Source: Candidatus Altiarchaeales archaeon (GTDB taxonomy: Archaea; Altiarchaeota; Altiarchaeia; IMC4; SCGC-AAA252-I15). Taken from it: 64,000 nt of DNA. Made by a program: the position numbers and the translations under genes. The notes below the pieces were generated by a model. That model was not told where the DNA came from, searched no databases, and saw nothing but the letters and a program-made list of their open reading frames with translations. Positions 48,542 to 58,874 of the stretch are shown here, piece by piece. Positions within the stretch are counted from its first letter, which is position 1. Every line of letters starts with the position of its first letter. The DNA is taken from NCBI GenBank assembly GCA_014727915.1, contig WJMO01000005.1, positions 416,001 through 480,000 on the forward strand, written 5' to 3'.

Positions 48542-50560
48542 GTGCTTTTCCTAGTCTCATTCATAGCAGTCTTGGCATTCTACATAGGACTGACCTCCAT
48601 GCAGGTCCCCGCATACCAGTACCGGTGGTTCAACTGCCTCGACTACCTCAAAGAGGGGACACTATACGGGGGCCAGCCCGAGTGCGTCCAACCCCCAATG
48701 GTCTACTTCACAGGTTCCCTGATTTCGGTCTTCGGCGACGAATACCTCCACATGCTGTCGAACTTCACTCTCATACTCCTGAACACATTCTGCCTCTACC
48801 TCACGCTCCGGATGACGAAAGGAAGGAGATACTGGGTGGCGGGCACGGTCATACTCGTCTACTGCCTTCTGATACTGCCCCTCTCAGTCGAGTACAAGTC
48901 AAGCCCTGGCAAAGCCTATCTTGACACGGTCTTGTCTGCGTGCTTCATGATGGCGGGTGTGTACGTTTTCCTGAACAGGAAGTCCACTAACCATGTTGCT
49001 TTGGCTTCCCTGATGTTCGCCCTCGCGCTAATGTCAAAGCTGACGGTCCTCTCAGTCGTAGTGGGCTGCTTCACGGTGCTGCTGCTATCCCATGCCCAGG
49101 GAATGTTGAAGCTGAGCAGGGATGACCTGTACCTGGACTCGTCCAAGCTGCCGCCGCTGCTGAATGACGCCGCAGCTTTCCTGACGCCCATGCTCGCGTC
49201 CTTCATACTCTTGAAGCTCATCTTCCCCAACATCATAGTCTACACCGTGCTATGCCACACCTTCGCCGAGCAGATAGGGTACGTGGATACGGTCAAGGCG
49301 ATAGTCACAACCAACCCGCTCTCAGACAACAGCCTCCTGGTCTTCTACGCCCTTCTGGCTGGTGTGGCAGCATACTATCGCCGGAGCCGGGACGGCGTTG
49401 CCCTGATGTACCTGGTAGCCTCCCCGCTCACCTTCGTCTCTGTCTACAAGCTCAGAAGCCAGATGCCTGACGTCTTCAGCTCATACTATGCCGTCCTTCC
49501 CATCTTCCTGCTGCCCCTCATCTTGGGGAATCACGCATCATCACTGAAGGGAAACAGGAAGAAGATGGCCTGTGCGGTCCTGGTCGCAGCCGCATTGTTC
49601 TTCGGCAACATGCACTTCTACGGCCAGCCCAACGTAAGGGAGATAGCCTCCATGAAGTCGGCGGGCTACAGCCTCAAGGGCATATTCTACGACCTCGAGG
49701 ATGTGGAGGAGATAAGGGAGACCGTGGACACGGTCTACATGCTCCTGCCATCGAACTCGAAGAAGGTGCTCATAGACGGGAGGATGTACGACACCCTCCG
49801 CGCATACGAGACTGACCTGGTAATGCCCCTGGTGGACTGGAGGAGCGCCCCCCAGGACCGCGTGATAGACTCGGTTTTCGCCCCCGGGCTGATACACTAT
49901 GGCGTCCTATCCAAGGAGTACAACTTCACGGACAGCATGGCCGAGGAGAACATCAGCATGGAAAAATACGACTACCAGCTCTCCCTCTACATCTACGAGA
50001 TGAACCAGCGGGAGGAAGAGCTCATAGAAGACATCGAATCCGGCGAGTATGAGATGATAATCATCGGCCCCGCGGCGTGGAGCACCCACATATGGTATCT
50101 GCTTTCCACGCAGATAAGCCCCAAGACAATACAGGGATACTGCAGGGTCTACCTGCCGGTATTCAACGAGGAGAAGCACCTCCGTCACTGGTCCACGATA
50201 CTCATGCAGGACCAGAGCAAATGCAACCTACTGGGGAACAGGGCGAAAAGCTACATGGAGGCGGTCTTCGATAGCGTCTGCCAGAAGGACGAGTGGGCTG
50301 CCAACTACCTGCTCAGGCGGGTGTTCGCAATGAACACGGTTACCAACTGCGATGAGGGCGGGTGCAAGATGTATCGTGTCCTGCTGGACAAGGAATGCAA
50401 GTCCGGGGCCAACGTCCTGGGCAGGTACATGAACGCAAAGCAGGCGTGGGACCCCCGCAGGGCGGGGGTAGTGGCGTTTGCCGTCCTATGGCTGCTGATA
50501 CATGTGCGGTTGAAGGCAGGGTTCAAGGACAACTACCTCTACGTGAACGTCCGAGACTAG
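48542..50560 (+). CDS. Polytopic membrane protein, probable GT-C fold
   Basis: YGGQPECVQPP motif, about 10 TM helices, large soluble C-terminal domain. Confidence 0.6.
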   Translation: MLFLVSFIAVLAFYIGLTSMQVPAYQYRWFNCLDYLKEGTLYGGQPECVQPPMVYFTGSLISVFGDEYLHMLSNFTLILLNTFCLYLTLRMTKGRRYWVAGTVILVYCLLILPLSVEYKSSPGKAYLDTVLSACFMMAGVYVFLNRKSTNHVALASLMFALALMSKLTVLSVVVGCFTVLLLSHAQGMLKLSRDDLYLDSSKLPPLLNDAAAFLTPMLASFILLKLIFPNIIVYTVLCHTFAEQIGYVDTVKAIVTTNPLSDNSLLVFYALLAGVAAYYRRSRDGVALMYLVASPLTFVSVYKLRSQMPDVFSSYYAVLPIFLLPLILGNHASSLKGNRKKMACAVLVAAALFFGNMHFYGQPNVREIASMKSAGYSLKGIFYDLEDVEEIRETVDTVYMLLPSNSKKVLIDGRMYDTLRAYETDLVMPLVDWRSAPQDRVIDSVFAPGLIHYGVLSKEYNFTDSMAEENISMEKYDYQLSLYIYEMNQREEELIEDIESGEYEMIIIGPAAWSTHIWYLLSTQISPKTIQGYCRVYLPVFNEEKHLRHWSTILMQDQSKCNLLGNRAKSYMEAVFDSVCQKDEWAANYLLRRVFAMNTVTNCDEGGCKMYRVLLDKECKSGANVLGRYMNAKQAWDPRRAGVVAFAVLWLLIHVRLKAGFKDNYLYVNVRD

Positions 50561-50590
50561 CTTTTATTCCAGTCCTCCCTCTTCTATTGC

Positions 50591-50668
50591 ATGCCAGTCA
50601 AGGGCCGGAAGACCAGCTACAAGGATGCCAGGCGGAAGAAGAAGCACAGGAAGCGGATTGGGAGATAG
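50591..50668 (+). CDS. 25-aa highly basic small ORF
   Basis: MPVKGRKTSYKDARRKKKHRKRIGR; TTTTATT about 23 nt upstream. Confidence 0.5.
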   Translation: MPVKGRKTSYKDARRKKKHRKRIGR

Positions 50669-50669
50669 T

Positions 50670-50882
50670 CTAAGGGCACGGTTCGAACTCACAGTATGGG
50701 AGCATCCTATGGGCGACCGTCCCGTCAGGGCAGGTGAAATTGTCCCCCGGGCAGCCTTCACCCATGCTATCACGCTCGTTCTTCTCGTTCTCCACGGACT
50801 GTATGAAAGACGCTATCGTTATCGCTGAGAGCAACACCAGCACAGTAAGGAAGAATATTGCGGCCTTCGTCTCCGGTTTCAT
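50670..50882 (-). CDS. Small membrane protein with C-terminal Cys motif
   Basis: TM helix followed by CP..FTCPDGT...R..PYCEFEPCP. Confidence 0.65.
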   Translation of the reverse strand: MKPETKAAIFFLTVLVLLSAITIASFIQSVENEKNERDSMGEGCPGDNFTCPDGTVAHRMLPYCEFEPCP

Positions 50883-50920
50883 TCTGGATATATATTACCC
50901 GTCGTTTTTAATGTCTTAAG

Positions 50921-53900
50921 ATGGTACACAAGGGTTACAGGATTATCACCCTGTTGGCGGCGGCCCTCATAATCTGCTCTGTTTCCGTGTCCTCCCAGGA
51001 GGTGAACATGTCGGTCACAATACCAATAGTCCCCTGGAACAAGATAATCTACCCCGACGGCGTCTACGAACCCTACATGGAAGGGCTGAAGGGCACCCAC
51101 AGGCACACGTTCAAGCTTAAGTTCCTCAACTTCACCGCGGAGGCGGGGTCAACCCTAAGCTGCCTACTAAGGCGTTCTGACGGGAGCTTGCAATCCCTAT
51201 ATGAGATAGTCCCCCAGTCCAAGGACAGGGTGGAGGAGCTGGAATACACGGTCCAAGTCTCCGACCCCATAAACAAGGCGGTTCCTTGGTATGTGGTCAA
51301 CTGCACATTGAGGGATGGCCTGGGAGAGCTATTGTACGTCGACAAAAGCCACTATAACCACCCGCTGAAGAAGCAGATATACGTTCACGGGAACACGTGG
51401 ACCCGGTTCGACACAATATACGACGACGCGTATCTCGCGTCGAGGTGTTGGATGGGCATACCCAAGAGGTACTTCAACAACAGCGTCTGGTGCGACTACG
51501 CCGGGGACGTCGGATTCGCGGTGGCGATGAGCAGGGGCATGTACGTGGAGGGGGACTGCCACGACGGCGCCGACGGGATGGACCAGAACACGGACGTCGA
51601 CTGCGAGGACATATACTGCCAGGGGATGATATACAGTTGCAGCCCCAAGGCATGGGCTGGGGACCCGTTCCTCGGATCATGCAGCAGCGGGGTATGCTGG
51701 GAGACCAAGAGGTTCGCAGGACACGACGTCACCTACTACTACACGAGGTATGTCAGGGCTGGGGGGACATTGAAGGTGAGGTTCAAGCCTGACAGGTACT
51801 ACACAACGAAGCCCATATCCTACGCGTTGACCGGGCTTCCGGGGTTCAGCTCGGAGGGCACCTACACAGACCATGACTCCCATAAGCCGGAGAACGAGGA
51901 GGTGACTGGCACGAGCTACGCCCTGGAGGACCCGAAAGGCTACTATGGGGACATGGACTTCGTCATGTATCTGAACCCGGCCGGAGTCAGGCAGGGCTGG
52001 AACACCTTCAGCATATACATGGTCCACCACGGCCAGGACCTGCTCATAGAGGGCATTCCCTATTATGTTAGCGACAACGCTCCCTCTAACTGGGATGAAT
52101 CCGACATAATGCCCCCGGCGATTGACATACCCTGCGGTGACGGCCTGGACAACGACCTAAGCTACTCATACGACTGCCTTGACAGCAACTGCGACGGGGA
52201 GGTCGGGGGCAACGACTGCGAGGGAGGTCCAGCCTACTGCGAGTATGCGTTGGAAGGCGACTGCGACGACTGCTTCGACAACGACGCCGACTACTCCGTG
52301 GACTGCGGCGACTACAACTGCAACGGGGAGCCAGGCAACTACTATGACCCCTCGGACATATGCGAGTTCGGCTGCGAAGGCTGCGGCGGCAGCTACCCAA
52401 GCCACTGCGTGGACGGGTTCGACAACGACAAGGACGGCGTCATAGACTGCATGGACAGGTCCTCCTGCTGGGGGAGGGGGGGCGAGTCAGATTCGCAGCC
52501 CTGCCCTGCCTACGAGAGCAACAGCCCAAGCTGGTGCGCTGACGGCCTGGACAACGACTTTGATGGGGCAGTGGATTGTGAGGACTACGACTGCAGGGGT
52601 GTGCAGATAGGCGCCGCCTACGCCTGCCCCTATAATGAACTATACGATGTGGAGGGCAACTTCCGGCCCGACCAGTGCTTCGACAACAAGGACAACGACC
52701 TGGACAGCCCCGACCTGATATACCATGGTCCGGGTACTTACATTGACTGCGGGGACCCCGACTGCATAAGCATGGTAAACCCAGACAACCCCAGCCAGAA
52801 GTGCACGCAGACTGAGTACATGGAAGACCTGGGAGTCCAGCTCTGCGACAACGGCATAGACGACGACAGCGACGAAGACCAGGGCTGGCCCGGCGGCACA
52901 GACTGCACGGACCAGGACTGCTACCAGAAGTTCGACCTCTGCGGGCCCTGCCCCTACTTCGAGAGCTTCAGGTACGACAGCTGCACCAACGGCGAAGACG
53001 ACGACTTTGACTACATCCTCTACGGCGAGCAGACCGACTGCGCCGACCCGGACTGCATAGGCGAGGTGGGCAGCCTTGAGAACAGCCAATTATGCGAGGA
53101 GAGCGAGACAACGTGCAATGACCGATTCGACAACGACGCGGACACCCTCACAGACTGCGACGACCCGGACTGCACCGGCAGGACCGGCCCGGGCGGCGGA
53201 GTATGCGCGAACACAGAGGCTACGAGCACCCTGTGCAAGGACAACTTCGACAACGACGGGGACACCCTAATCGACTGCATAGACCCCCAATGCTGGGGGG
53301 TCTCAGGTTCCGGCTGCGCTGCCAAGACCTGGAGCGAGGGAACCCCCATCGAGATACCGTACATGACACCCCTGAAGAGGATACAGCCGACGAGCATCAG
53401 CTACAGCCACCTGGAACGGCTGCATGTGAATGAATCCTATGTGATAAGGTTCATAGGCGATGGGGAATACTCCGCGGTCGTGCACACACTCGGCGACGCG
53501 ACAAACCCCCTCCGGCTATTCCCCTATGATGCGGACTCATGCGTTCTCACAGGCCAATCAAAGCTGAGATGGGTGTCCAACCAATTGGATGTCGGCCAGA
53601 TACAGCACAAGCCCGACTTCGTGGACTCCGCCAACAAGCTGGACGGGTTCGACGTGACATTGACCTGCGACGGCGTTCCAAACCCCCAGAACAAGACCTA
53701 CCCGGCCACATTATCGAACCTCGACGGCACAACGCCGGAGATGGTGGACTTCCTCCTCAACACCCAGGTCTTCCCCGTCAAGAACCCCCTGATTGAGAAG
53801 CTGGAGGTCGAGCCATCTGAGGGGGGCAGGGTGGACATACCCTATGGCGGATACTTCGACATACGGGCCATCCCAAACATGTCAGTGACGGATGACGTCA

Positions 53901-55684
53901 GCCAATGCCACTTCAACATAAGCGACGTGACATACGTGACACCCTCCGACTGCATATTCCGCAACTCGGGCGTCATAGACGATGAGTTCATCGCGGTAAG
54001 CGTCGCATTGGAGGATGGCCTGGGCAACATAGGCCCCTCCAGCAGGATGAGGTATGTCGATGTCAATGTAATGCCCAAGCAGAAGAACATAACCTTGGAC
54101 CAGGTGTTCCTTAGGTCAGGCGACCGGCTGACTGTGACAGCGTCCTTCATAACCGCAGAGACAGGCCAGTTCATAGGCGAATGCATCATTCACCTGACAG
54201 ACCGGTCAGGCTTCGAGCTGGACACATTCAACCTACCTGGTGACGTTGTGATGAACGAGATAGAATGCACCGGGGAGATAGACACCTCAGGCCTGGTGAA
54301 CGGCATGTACCATATCACGGCAACCGCCGAGGACGAGGACGCCGACCAGGGAAGGTCCAACAAGAAGCTGTTCTACATATGCAACGACTACTCGAGCAGC
54401 GGAGACGGGTGGGACTGCGCAAAGGCAGACTTTGACCTGGATGGCATACCAGACCTGTGCGTCATAAACGGCTCCGTCGTGACCACCACAACCACTTCGA
54501 CAACATTGTTGAACGTGACGACCACGACACTGCCGCCGGAGACGATAGGATGCCAGACAATATGCGCGGACTACTACAACACGGACCAGTGGGCATGCAC
54601 TGGGGACCTGACATGCAACATAAACGGGTCCAAGTGGGTTTGGACCCACGATGACAGAGGGGACGTGGACTGTTTCCTCGCCGATCCTCAGACGAACTAC
54701 TGCTGCTGCCAGCTTGAAGGCCTGGAGACCACCACCACAATACCCTCGGTGAAATACCTGCCCTCATGCGACAACGGGTTCAGGGACGAGAACGAGGAGG
54801 GCATAGACTGCGGCGGCCCCTGCCCGCCCTGCCACTGCTTCAACGGCAAACAGGACATGGGAGAGCTTTGGATAGACTGCGGCGGCGTGTGTCCCCAGTG
54901 CGGAAGCTGTGACAATGGCATACAGGACCCCGGCGAGAACGGCGTCGACTGCGGCGGCCCCTGCCCGCCGTGCTCGGACGAGGACATAATAACCGGGACC
55001 AACCTTGGACTCCAGCCCAGGCTGTACATAATCGACCTCCCAGCCTATGTCTCAGCAGGCAGGGACGTCCACTTCAAAGTAGTTGACAACAGGGGACTGG
55101 GCACCAAGGCCTTCCTAGAGTATAAGATGCCGAACGGCATCGTGATACAGTCCTGGTCGGAGGAGAACGGGAACGCCAAGATGAACAGCTCCGTCGTCGG
55201 CCTATGGTCGGTTGAAGCGCGGAAGTTCGGTCACATACCGGCATCTGCGGTCTGGGCATCGACGCCGTCCACGGCATCGGACGCGGTATCCGCGACCGGG
55301 TCAATACTGGTTCCGCTGGCCGCGGCAGGTCTGCTGCTGCTCTGGTGGCGTAGGCGCAGGAAGGGATATGCAGCCAGCGAGCTGGCATTGAGGAGGCTGG
55401 AGACCTCAGACACCATAGAAGAGCTCGCTCCCATATACGTGACCGAGTCGGCATACAATAACCTCGTCGAGATAAGCAGTCTGCTGAAGCCGGTTAAGCT
55501 TTCGGACATGGAGCTAACTAAGGCCGATCGTATAGCCGACGAGCTGGGCGTCGACAACGAATGGGCTAAGCTGCTGGTAATAGCCGAGAAGAAGAAGGTA
55601 AAGAAGCTCATATTGGAGGGTGAACTCCAGTTCTCAGAGTATCATCTGACGAAGATAGTCCCGGTATGGAGCGAGATGAAATAG
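50921..55684 (+). CDS. Giant Cys/Asp-repeat cell-surface protein with TM anchor and cytoplasmic domain
   Basis: Signal peptide; about 10 C.DG.DND.D...DC.D.DC repeats; three DCGG.C repeats; Thr linkers; TM followed by WWRRRRK. Confidence 0.85.
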   Translation: MVHKGYRIITLLAAALIICSVSVSSQEVNMSVTIPIVPWNKIIYPDGVYEPYMEGLKGTHRHTFKLKFLNFTAEAGSTLSCLLRRSDGSLQSLYEIVPQSKDRVEELEYTVQVSDPINKAVPWYVVNCTLRDGLGELLYVDKSHYNHPLKKQIYVHGNTWTRFDTIYDDAYLASRCWMGIPKRYFNNSVWCDYAGDVGFAVAMSRGMYVEGDCHDGADGMDQNTDVDCEDIYCQGMIYSCSPKAWAGDPFLGSCSSGVCWETKRFAGHDVTYYYTRYVRAGGTLKVRFKPDRYYTTKPISYALTGLPGFSSEGTYTDHDSHKPENEEVTGTSYALEDPKGYYGDMDFVMYLNPAGVRQGWNTFSIYMVHHGQDLLIEGIPYYVSDNAPSNWDESDIMPPAIDIPCGDGLDNDLSYSYDCLDSNCDGEVGGNDCEGGPAYCEYALEGDCDDCFDNDADYSVDCGDYNCNGEPGNYYDPSDICEFGCEGCGGSYPSHCVDGFDNDKDGVIDCMDRSSCWGRGGESDSQPCPAYESNSPSWCADGLDNDFDGAVDCEDYDCRGVQIGAAYACPYNELYDVEGNFRPDQCFDNKDNDLDSPDLIYHGPGTYIDCGDPDCISMVNPDNPSQKCTQTEYMEDLGVQLCDNGIDDDSDEDQGWPGGTDCTDQDCYQKFDLCGPCPYFESFRYDSCTNGEDDDFDYILYGEQTDCADPDCIGEVGSLENSQLCEESETTCNDRFDNDADTLTDCDDPDCTGRTGPGGGVCANTEATSTLCKDNFDNDGDTLIDCIDPQCWGVSGSGCAAKTWSEGTPIEIPYMTPLKRIQPTSISYSHLERLHVNESYVIRFIGDGEYSAVVHTLGDATNPLRLFPYDADSCVLTGQSKLRWVSNQLDVGQIQHKPDFVDSANKLDGFDVTLTCDGVPNPQNKTYPATLSNLDGTTPEMVDFLLNTQVFPVKNPLIEKLEVEPSEGGRVDIPYGGYFDIRAIPNMSVTDDVSQCHFNISDVTYVTPSDCIFRNSGVIDDEFIAVSVALEDGLGNIGPSSRMRYVDVNVMPKQKNITLDQVFLRSGDRLTVTASFITAETGQFIGECIIHLTDRSGFELDTFNLPGDVVMNEIECTGEIDTSGLVNGMYHITATAEDEDADQGRSNKKLFYICNDYSSSGDGWDCAKADFDLDGIPDLCVINGSVVTTTTTSTTLLNVTTTTLPPETIGCQTICADYYNTDQWACTGDLTCNINGSKWVWTHDDRGDVDCFLADPQTNYCCCQLEGLETTTTIPSVKYLPSCDNGFRDENEEGIDCGGPCPPCHCFNGKQDMGELWIDCGGVCPQCGSCDNGIQDPGENGVDCGGPCPPCSDEDIITGTNLGLQPRLYIIDLPAYVSAGRDVHFKVVDNRGLGTKAFLEYKMPNGIVIQSWSEENGNAKMNSSVVGLWSVEARKFGHIPASAVWASTPSTASDAVSATGSILVPLAAAGLLLLWWRRRRKGYAASELALRRLETSDTIEELAPIYVTESAYNNLVEISSLLKPVKLSDMELTKADRIADELGVDNEWAKLLVIAEKKKVKKLILEGELQFSEYHLTKIVPVWSEMK

Positions 55685-55704
55685 TGCATTGTATGGGCTG
55701 GAGG

Positions 55705-56301
55705 TCACCTGACTCGCTCGGCCATGTTGGCGATGTATACCATCGCGTCGACTATGTGCTTCACCCGCTTCTTGTCCTCGAACACCTTCTCCTGGTGGTA
55801 TACGATATGCCCGTCTGAGAGGGTGAAGGGCATGTCCAAGGCTATCACCCAGTTGGCCACGTCCTTGGTGACTACCTTCTCTCCCTTCTTGGGGGAGCTG
55901 GAAAGGAACACGTACCTGTCGCCGAAACGCGGGTGGTCGACGTCGACTTCGCCCAGTTTCCTGCTGAAGAACCTTCCCCTGACCGCGATTATATGGGTGT
56001 CACGGACGCTCCTGTCGACTGACACCACGATCCTCGAGTGCGGGTGCCATTTGTCCACGTAACCTTTCTCGTTCAAAAGGTCCAGGGTCAGACCGCGCCC
56101 GCTGTAGGTTCCGGAAGCGAAGGCTGGCTTACCCTCAGTCTCAGGGTAGAAGTTGATCTTGAGCTCCCCAGCCAACTCCATCAAAACAGATTCAACAGGC
56201 TTTTTGGACGTGTGGTTGTAGACGAAGTATGCGCCGCCGCCTAGGCCTAGCAACCCTAGCAGAAGCCCGATGAAAAGGACCGCAAAGCTCAATAGGGACA
56301 T
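55705..56301 (-). CDS. Membrane-anchored hypothetical protein (paralog of 36858-37442)
   Basis: N-terminal TM helix; same layout as 36858-37442. Confidence 0.7.
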   Translation of the reverse strand: MSLLSFAVLFIGLLLGLLGLGGGAYFVYNHTSKKPVESVLMELAGELKINFYPETEGKPAFASGTYSGRGLTLDLLNEKGYVDKWHPHSRIVVSVDRSVRDTHIIAVRGRFFSRKLGEVDVDHPRFGDRYVFLSSSPKKGEKVVTKDVANWVIALDMPFTLSDGHIVYHQEKVFEDKKRVKHIVDAMVYIANMAERVR

Positions 56302-56342
56302 GGTAAAGACTATTATAATAGTCCATTAAATAACTGGGGTTT

Positions 56343-57686
56343 TCAACGCATGGTCTGCAAGAATTTCCTTAGACTATCATAGTCGTTTTCAAGGGGGGTG
56401 ACATTCTCCTCCAGGTCGTCCAAGCCCTTGAGGCTGTCGGGCAATTCAGGCTCGAACCCTAGGAGACTCTCTATCTCCTCCGGGAATTTAGCAGGGTCCG
56501 CAGTCTCAAGAGACACCGACAAAGCGCCCCCCTCAGATGCGAGGTAGTCCACTAACGCCTTCCAACCCACCGCGCCATGGGGTTCCAACAGCAGCCCATG
56601 CCTCTCATAGGCGTCCTTGATGGTCTTCCGCGTCTCATCATCCGAGACGGACACAGCCCAGAGGTCCCCTCTCATGGCTTCAACGTCCGGGTTCTCCCTC
56701 ACGCGCCCTGTTTCGTCAATCCAGCCTCCGTACACGTGGAAGAGCCGGGCAAGGTTGCTGGGATGGCCGACGTTCATGGCATTGCTGATGCAAGCCCTGG
56801 AAGGCCTTAACGGCTTGTAAACTCCGGTCTTTAGGAATTCGGGGAACTCGTCGTTCTCGTTGGTTGCCACCACAAATCGCTTGACGGGCAGGCCCATCTC
56901 CCTCGCGACTATGCCTCCCATAAGATCGCCGAAGTTCCCTGAAGGAACGCTGAATACGATCTCATCCCCCTCTCCGGCGAGTCGGGAGTATGCGTATACG
57001 TAATAGAACGACTGCGGCAGAAGCCTCCCGAAGTTTATGCTGTTCGCGGATGAAAGGCGGAGGCTATCGAGCGAACTGTCTGAGAACGCCCTCTTAACCA
57101 GCGCCTGGCAGTCGTCGAACTTGCCGTCCACCGAGATAGTGGAAACATTGCCTCCCAATGTGGTCATCTGGCGTCTCTGCCTCCCAGTCACCTCCTTTTC
57201 AGGGAACAAGACAACGACCCTTACGTTCTCCAGGCCATGGAATGCGTTCGCCACGGCGCTCCCTGTATCCCCTGACGTGGCAGTCAGGATCAACGCCTCA
57301 CTGTCGTCTTCACCCAGGAAATAGGACATCAGACGCGCCATCATCCTCGCGGCAAAATCCTTGAAGGACGCGGTTGGCCCACGGTCCAACCTCATGACAT
57401 AGGCGCTGTCAAAGACGTGCTCGATCGGAACGTCAAAGTCATAGGCCTCCCTGGTTATCCTGCCAACCTCCTCCGAGGGTATCTCCCCCTCAAGGAAGAG
57501 CATTGCCAGGTGGCGGGCTATCTCATGGTAGCTCATGCTACTGAAGCCCTCAAGGTCCGAAACTCCCATGCGTGGCACTTCAACGGGCGTGTAAAGCCCC
57601 CTGTCAGGAGCCTGACCCCTGATAAGCGCCTCTTTGAAGGATACCCTGTCACAGCCCCTGTTGGTGCTCTCGAACTCCACCGCCAT
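56343..57686 (-). CDS. thrC: Threonine synthase
   Basis: GQAPDRGLY, GPTASFKDF, ATSGDTGSA, SANSINFGRL, SVPSGNFG, ETADPAKF. Confidence 0.95.
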   Translation of the reverse strand: MAVEFESTNRGCDRVSFKEALIRGQAPDRGLYTPVEVPRMGVSDLEGFSSMSYHEIARHLAMLFLEGEIPSEEVGRITREAYDFDVPIEHVFDSAYVMRLDRGPTASFKDFAARMMARLMSYFLGEDDSEALILTATSGDTGSAVANAFHGLENVRVVVLFPEKEVTGRQRRQMTTLGGNVSTISVDGKFDDCQALVKRAFSDSSLDSLRLSSANSINFGRLLPQSFYYVYAYSRLAGEGDEIVFSVPSGNFGDLMGGIVAREMGLPVKRFVVATNENDEFPEFLKTGVYKPLRPSRACISNAMNVGHPSNLARLFHVYGGWIDETGRVRENPDVEAMRGDLWAVSVSDDETRKTIKDAYERHGLLLEPHGAVGWKALVDYLASEGGALSVSLETADPAKFPEEIESLLGFEPELPDSLKGLDDLEENVTPLENDYDSLRKFLQTMR

Positions 57687-57725
57687 CTTCCACTCTAATA
57701 ATGGTCCTAGCATTAATTAATAAAC

Positions 57726-58415
57726 ATGTTAAAGGCGGTTCTATTCGACTTGGACGGCACCTTATACGACACCAGACGGCAGGTGGACTCGGCGAGGAGG
57801 AACGCCGTGAAGGCCATGATGGCCGCGGGATTGGACGTGGACGAGGAAGAGGCCTTGACTGCATTGTCCGATGTGGTGTTGAAACGGGGGCCGAACTTCC
57901 AGCACCACTACGATGAGATGCTCGAGGTGCTGGGGTTCGAAACAGACCCCAAGATCATAGCTGCGGGGATAGTGGCGTACCATGAGACAAAGACAGCCTA
58001 TCTGGTCCCATACCCTGACACAGTATCCACGCTATTAGAGCTCCGTGACCTGGAGTACAAGCTTGCCGTAGTCACGGACGGCGTTCCCGTCAAACAATGG
58101 GAGAAGCTCATCCGACTCGGGCTGAAGGACTTCTTCCACACGGTCATAGTCTCATCGTCTGGAAGGGAGAGGAAGCCGTCCAAGAAGCCATTCCAGAGGG
58201 CTGCAGCCAGTCTGGGTGTGCGCGAGGAAGAATGCATGATGGTCGGGGACAACCTCGAGAGGGACGTGAGAGGCGGGAACAACGCGGGCATGAAGACCGT
58301 CCAGCTGCTGACGAACGTCAAGTCAGCGTCCAAGCCCGAGTCGGAGGACATGCTCCCTGACTATATCATTACGGAACTGAAGGAGCTCATCCCATTGCTG
58401 GAAGGCGAGGTATAA
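57726..58415 (+). CDS. HAD hydrolase, TIGR02253 family
   Basis: LFDLDGTLYD, AAGIVAYH.TK, KQWEKLIRLGL, MVGD. Confidence 0.9.
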   Translation: MLKAVLFDLDGTLYDTRRQVDSARRNAVKAMMAAGLDVDEEEALTALSDVVLKRGPNFQHHYDEMLEVLGFETDPKIIAAGIVAYHETKTAYLVPYPDTVSTLLELRDLEYKLAVVTDGVPVKQWEKLIRLGLKDFFHTVIVSSSGRERKPSKKPFQRAAASLGVREEECMMVGDNLERDVRGGNNAGMKTVQLLTNVKSASKPESEDMLPDYIITELKELIPLLEGEV

Positions 58416-58417
58416 GT

Positions 58418-58825
58418 TCAAACCACAACCTGGGTGCCCGCTATCTTGTCTCCCAACCGCAATCCTTCCGCGTCAACTACGGGCAGTAGCAGCTCCACCA
58501 CCCCCACCACTGGTATGATGAATGATATGTTCCTCAGACCGGAGGAGACCAGGTCGCAGCGGCTCCCGTCACACTTGACCACCCGCAGGCCCAACGCCTT
58601 CTTGCCCACGCTCCTGCCGCCCATGATCCCGTCCCTTGCAAGGGCATAACCCAAGAACGCTATCGAACCGCCCAGGACCATCAGCATCTGGGCTATCACG
58701 ACGATCGCACTGTCCGCTATCAAACCCAGGACATAACCCATGGCCAGGAATGCCAGCAGGGCCAGGAATGCCACGCCAACGTCGATCAGGAACGCCAGGA
58801 CCCTCCTGCCAAGAGGTGCTCTCAC
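58418..58825 (-). CDS. RDD family protein
   Basis: RRVLAFLID, GRSVGKKALGLRV, RLGDKIAGTQVV. Confidence 0.9.
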   Translation of the reverse strand: MRAPLGRRVLAFLIDVGVAFLALLAFLAMGYVLGLIADSAIVVIAQMLMVLGGSIAFLGYALARDGIMGGRSVGKKALGLRVVKCDGSRCDLVSSGLRNISFIIPVVGVVELLLPVVDAEGLRLGDKIAGTQVVV

Positions 58826-58874
58826 TTCAAACCACCTGCTCGATTAATTTATGTTAAGCGGCTGTATAAATAAG

